A stretch of DNA of 40,526 bases. It comes from Propionibacteriaceae bacterium. Lineage in GTDB: Bacteria; Actinomycetota; Actinomycetes; Propionibacteriales; Propionibacteriaceae. The notes under the pieces were generated by a model. That model was not told the DNA's origin, ran no database searches, and saw nothing but the letters and a program-made list of their open reading frames with translations. Location: positions 1 through 40,526 of the forward strand of contig DAOOHL010000001.1 of the NCBI GenBank assembly GCA_035416185.1. Reading direction: 5' to 3'. Each line of letters begins with the position of its first letter. Position 1 is the first letter of the stretch. The translations under genes and the position numbers were made by a program. Of the stretch, positions 34,893-40,526 are shown piece after piece.

Positions 34893-36071
34893 CATGGCTG
34901 CGGCGTTCAGGCCCGGGAAGCCCAGCCACGCCAGCAGCAGACCAGCCGCGCCGGCACCGAAGGCCGCCCCGAGCTGGGTGACAGAGTCGACCGCGCCCTG
35001 CACCGGACGCCGCCACTCGGGTGCCGCCGACGCGTTGAGCAGTGCAGATCCGGCGACCATCACGAAGCTCCAGCCCAGACCGAGCAGGAACAGCCCCAGC
35101 ATCACGACGTGGACCGACCCTGCCCCCGCGATCCCGCAGACCAGTGCGGCGAGGTTGATCGCCCACCCGAGCAGCATCGTCTGTCTGGTGCCCCAGCGGT
35201 CGGAGAGCCAGCCCGGCAGGGGCGAGAAGCCGAACATGCCGAGCGTGTGCAGACTGATGGTGAAGCCGACGAGCGTCAGCGAGTGACCGTGGTTGACCAG
35301 GTGGACGGGGGTCAACGACATGACGGTGACCATGATCGTCTGGTTCACCGCGAGCCCGACGAAGGCGTAGCGCGTCAGGGGGTTCGCCCCCACGTATGGC
35401 AGCACGTCCCGGATCCGTCGCCGAGCGCCCGGACCAGCCAGGTCCTCGTGCTCCTGGGCCAGGGTCAATGGGTCGGGTCGCAGGCCGATGAACACCGTCG
35501 CGGCGGCCACGAACAAGCCGACCGAGCCGATCAGGTACGCCCCGGAGATGGGGGAGAGTCCCAGCAAGGTCCCCAGCGCTGCGCCCGGGCCAGCCAGGTT
35601 TGGGCCGACGACCGATCCGACAGCGCTGGCCCAGACGATCAACGCCAGCGATCTGGCTCGCCGCCATGGCAGCTCAAGGTCGGTGGCTGCGAACCGGGAC
35701 TGCATCGTGGCGGCCTGTCCGGATCCGAAGACCAGCAACCCGACGAGCAGCAGCGGCAGGCTCAGCATCGCGACGGCCACGATCTGGATCACTGCGCCGA
35801 CAAGCGCCGACGCCCATCCCAGGGAGAGGGCGGCCCGTCGCCCTGACCGCATCGCGAGCCCGATCATCAGGGGCGCGGCCAGTCCGGCGGAGAGGGCCGA
35901 GACTGTACGAGAGATGCCAGCGAGACTCTCCGTACCCGTCACCTCATAGGCGATGATCGACCCCATCGACGCCCCGGCTCCCATGCCCAGGCTGCCAGCA
36001 ACCTGGGCGACGATCAGCGCGGTGCGAGCCCGACGTTGGGCGCCGACGATGGCGGGCGCCTCCTGCCACAT
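34791..36071 (-). CDS. MFS transporter
   Basis: It has about 12 hydrophobic segments and a GLAMRSGRR-type loop 2-3 motif. It starts at ATG 36071 or GTG 36086. The earlier part of the tracked ORF overlaps the K+ channel gene. Confidence 0.8.
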   Translation of the reverse strand: MWQEAPAIVGAQRRARTALIVAQVAGSLGMGAGASMGSIIAYEVTGTESLAGISRTVSALSAGLAAPLMIGLAMRSGRRAALSLGWASALVGAVIQIVAVAMLSLPLLLVGLLVFGSGQAATMQSRFAATDLELPWRRARSLALIVWASAVGSVVGPNLAGPGAALGTLLGLSPISGAYLIGSVGLFVAAATVFIGLRPDPLTLAQEHEDLAGPGARRRIRDVLPYVGANPLTRYAFVGLAVNQTIMVTVMSLTPVHLVNHGHSLTLVGFTISLHTLGMFGFSPLPGWLSDRWGTRQTMLLGWAINLAALVCGIAGAGSVHVVMLGLFLLGLGWSFVMVAGSALLNASAAPEWRRPVQGAVDSVTQLGAAFGAGAAGLLLAWLGFPGLNAAAMSLLLPVAALAFTVRGRRAAVRDEGAPSDTSPGT

Positions 36072-36118
36072 GGTCGTCGGGGTCACCCGCAGTATCCTGC
36101 CACGCGACGACCACGGGG

Positions 36119-36754
36119 TCAGGTCGAAGCCTGGTCCTTCTGGACCTGGGCAACCAGGACTGCGGCCACCATCGCGGTGATCGAGCCCACGACCGCGATC
36201 CCGACCAGCATCAGCGCGACCGCGACGATTCTTCCCTCGGCGGTGACCGGGAAGCGATCTCCGTACCCGACAGTGGTGACCGTTGTGCATGCCCACCAGA
36301 GCGCGTCACCGAAAGTGGTGATGTTGGCATTCGGATCGTGACGCTCGGCGTCCAGCATGGCCACGGCCCCCAGGAAGACTGCCATGAGGGCGGTGCCACC
36401 GACGTAAGTGCCGACCCTCCCCGCAAGGGACGACGAGGCAGATCGGTTGAGGATCCTTGCGAGCGCGAGCAACCGCAGCAGCCGAAGGGGTCGGAGCATC
36501 GGAATCGCGATCAAGGCAACGTCGTACCAGTGTTTCTGCGCGTATCGCCACCGCTGATCGGCGAGCCACAGACGAATCGCGAAGTCCACGGCGAAAGCCG
36601 CCCACACCGTCCACGAGAGTGCATCCAGAACGGTCAGGAGGTTGGCGTCGATCCGCGGATCGAGCACAGGCCAGGCGTATGCGACGAGGAATCCGACCGC
36701 GAGGAGAAGCAGCGGCACCTCAGCTCGGCGCTCCCACTTCTCGACCCTGGTCAC
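36119..36754 (-). CDS. Compact Kv-like potassium channel (S4-like helix plus pore)
   Basis: It has the selectivity filter TTVGYGD after the pore helix FGDALWWACTTV, and an S4-like helix RPLRLLRLLALARIL. The protein is 211 aa. Its GTG start at 36754 overlaps the ybaK-like TGA (GTGA). Confidence 0.85.
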   Translation of the reverse strand: MTRVEKWERRAEVPLLLLAVGFLVAYAWPVLDPRIDANLLTVLDALSWTVWAAFAVDFAIRLWLADQRWRYAQKHWYDVALIAIPMLRPLRLLRLLALARILNRSASSSLAGRVGTYVGGTALMAVFLGAVAMLDAERHDPNANITTFGDALWWACTTVTTVGYGDRFPVTAEGRIVAVALMLVGIAVVGSITAMVAAVLVAQVQKDQAST

Positions 36755-37257
36755 GAGTGAAGCCCCTCGGGCTCGCCAAGGCTCGGTGCCTTCCCGAAGG
36801 AAGTGACCGCAACCCAGGACGCCATCTCCGACGCGGTTTCCAACTCAGCCAACGACAGCGGGATCGCGCTGGAGGCCGTTCCGCAGGCGGGGTAGACGGT
36901 CTCGAAGCGGCGCAACGACTCGTCGAGGTGGACGGCAACGTCAGGTTCGATCCCGAAGGGACAGACGCCGCCGACCGCGTGGCCGACCAGCTGCTCTACG
37001 TCGGCAGCCGGGATCATGCGTGCCTTCGTCCTGAACGTGGCCTTGAACGCCGCGTTGTCGATCCGGGCATCGCCGGCGGCCACCACCAGCACAGGCGACC
37101 CATCGATGAGAAACGACATGGTCTTCGCGATGTGCGCCGGTTCCGTACCGAGCGCGGCCGCCGCCTCAGCGACGGTGGCGCTCGACTGCTCGGTGACGAT
37201 GATCCGGTCGGCAAGACCATAGCGTTCGAGGTGCGTACGGGCGCGGTCGAGGCTCAT
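36751..37257 (-). CDS. YbaK/EbsC-family aminoacyl-tRNA trans-editing deacylase domain protein
   Basis: It has TVAEAAAALG, HIAKTMSFLIDGSPVLVV, GHAVGGVCPFG and VYPACG motifs. It starts at ATG 37257, with GTG 37278 as an alternative. Confidence 0.8.
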   Translation of the reverse strand: MSLDRARTHLERYGLADRIIVTEQSSATVAEAAAALGTEPAHIAKTMSFLIDGSPVLVVAAGDARIDNAAFKATFRTKARMIPAADVEQLVGHAVGGVCPFGIEPDVAVHLDESLRRFETVYPACGTASSAIPLSLAELETASEMASWVAVTSFGKAPSLGEPEGLHS

Positions 37258-37350
37258 GCTGGTGGAGTCTGTCGCCACGGATCGGCGTGAGCAACTTCCG
37301 GTCTTGCGGCTCTAAGGTTGTCCCTCGTACGCGACGACCAGGGGGAACCC

Positions 37351-39705
<2,355 letters not shown>

Positions 39706-39978
39706 CCCTGGTGCTGAGGGGTGACACGGCTCGTCGTGGGCCAGATCCGCTTCTCGATGGCGGCTGGCATCGATTGAAACGATCAATCGATCGTCGAGAA
39801 GCGACTTCGGCCCATCAGCCGACCGTTATCGACGCGCCGATGCGCCGAGGTGGCCTCGGCCGAACCAACTCTCACTCAGTGACGGGGCCTCCTGCAAGGA
39901 GGCAAGCCCGGTCGCCTGGTCATTGGGTGGGGCGGAAAGTTCCGTCGCAATCGCGGAATACCCGTACGTAGAGCAGGG

Positions 39979-39997
39979 TTGAGTGTATGTGACTCAA
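39979..39997. promoter_or_regulatory. HAIR (HspR-associated inverted repeat) operator 1
   Basis: TTGAGT-gtatgtg-ACTCAA matches the core of the CTTGAGT-N7-ACTCAAG consensus. It lies 79 nt upstream of the dnaK ATG. Confidence 0.75.
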
Positions 39998-40005
39998 TCT
40001 CCGGA

Positions 40006-40024
40006 TTGAGCCTGCTAGGCTCAA
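40006..40024. promoter_or_regulatory. HAIR-like operator 2
   Basis: TTGAGC-ctgctag-GCTCAA has the same N7 architecture with one changed position per arm. It lies 8 nt after site 1. Confidence 0.55.
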
Positions 40025-40075
40025 CCTCGGTCGTGAGATCCAAGACATGACAACCAGATCACTGGAGGAACACAC

Positions 40076-40526
40076 ATGGCTCGTGCAGTAGGCATCGACC
40101 TCGGCACCACCAACTCCGTCGTCGCCGTCCTTGAGGGTGGCGAGCCGACGGTCATCCCGAACGCCGAAGGCGCCCGTACCACCCCGTCGGTCGTTGCGTT
40201 CACCAAGAGCGGCGAGATCCTCGTGGGCGAGCCCGCGAAGCGCCAGGCCGTGACCAACGTCGACCGTACGGTGCGGTCGGTGAAGCGTCACATGGGCACC
40301 ACCTGGGACATCAACATCGATGACAAGAAGTACAACGCACAGCAGATCTCTGCCTTCATCCTGCAGAAGCTCAAGCGCGACGCGGAGGCTTACCTGGGCG
40401 AGTCGGTGACCAACGCGGTCATCACCGTGCCGGCCTACTTCTCCGACGCGGAGCGTCAGGCGACCAAGGAGGCCGGCGAGATCGCGGGCCTGGTGGTCGA
40501 CCGGATCATCAACGAGCCCACCGCCG
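40076..40526 (+). CDS. dnaK: Molecular chaperone DnaK (Hsp70), 5' part, runs off the window
   Basis: The ATG at 40076 is preceded by ggagga. The translation is [42 protein letters not shown]...[21 protein letters not shown]. It is absent from the ORF track because it has no stop within the window. Confidence 0.95.
   Translation, partial: MARAVGIDLGTTNSVVAVLEGGEPTVIPNAEGARTTPSVVAFTKSGEILVGEPAKRQAVTNVDRTVRSVKRHMGTTWDINIDDKKYNAQQISAFILQKLKRDAEAYLGESVTNAVITVPAYFSDAERQATKEAGEIAGLVVDRIINEPTA

Noticed and set aside
39706-40075. A tRNA, small RNA gene or small CDS in the long spacer before dnaK (tracked ORFs 39711..39971(+) and 39920..40291(-)).
   Set aside because: I found no T-loop (GGTTCGAnnCC) or cloverleaf arms. 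The + ORF is Arg/Gly-rich with poor GC3. The - ORF is antisense to the dnaK 5' end. An sRNA cannot be excluded without expression data.

Overview
High-GC actinobacterial chromosomal segment, densely coding with about 45 CDS. It is mostly core metabolism and housekeeping. I saw no rRNA, tRNA, CRISPR array, transposase, integrase or phage gene. All coordinates come from the ORF track plus hand-checked start codons. No database search was possible, so every family call rests on motif recognition.

Gene content, left to right:
- 1-4.2 kb: a cell-surface glycan block. It holds a CapE/F/G- or FnlA/B/C-like UDP-L-FucNAc trio on the + strand. A DegT aminotransferase and a small PglC-type phosphoglycosyl transferase converge on it from the - strand.
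- 4.2-7.8 kb: a TPP-riboswitch-controlled ykoEDC-like ECF transporter. A P-loop kinase-like gene is translationally coupled to its last gene.
- 8.4-11.6 kb: a sugar or glycerophosphodiester-type ABC importer (binding protein plus two permeases) with no ATPase gene.
- 11.7-15.8 kb: radA, disA, a membrane protein and mutY.
- 15.9-24.1 kb: a VOC-like protein, a TIM-barrel isomerase, proline dehydrogenase, a CPBP protease, a membrane protein, asd and proC. These are followed by an untracked 33-aa bS22 ribosomal protein ORF, a glutaredoxin-like gene and a CobA/HemD fusion.
- 24.3-27.0 kb: a HAD-GH3 pair.
- 27.1-29.7 kb: a small acidic protein plus two tandem membrane-anchored YpfJ-like Zn-peptidase paralogues.
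- 29.7-34.5 kb: a GH13 branching-enzyme-like gene, a degenerate alpha/beta hydrolase, a GYPPQ-repeat membrane protein, rhamnose mutarotase and an aldo/keto reductase.
- 34.8-39.7 kb: a ybaK, Kv-like K+ channel and MFS operon, divergent from a class II UvrA paralogue.
- Right edge: dnaK behind two HAIR (HspR) operators.

I did not find a clear defence-island-type novel system. The best candidates for something undescribed are:
- the riboswitch-linked P-loop protein;
- the three-gene peptidase-like module;
- the ybaK/K+ channel/MFS operon paired with UvrA2.
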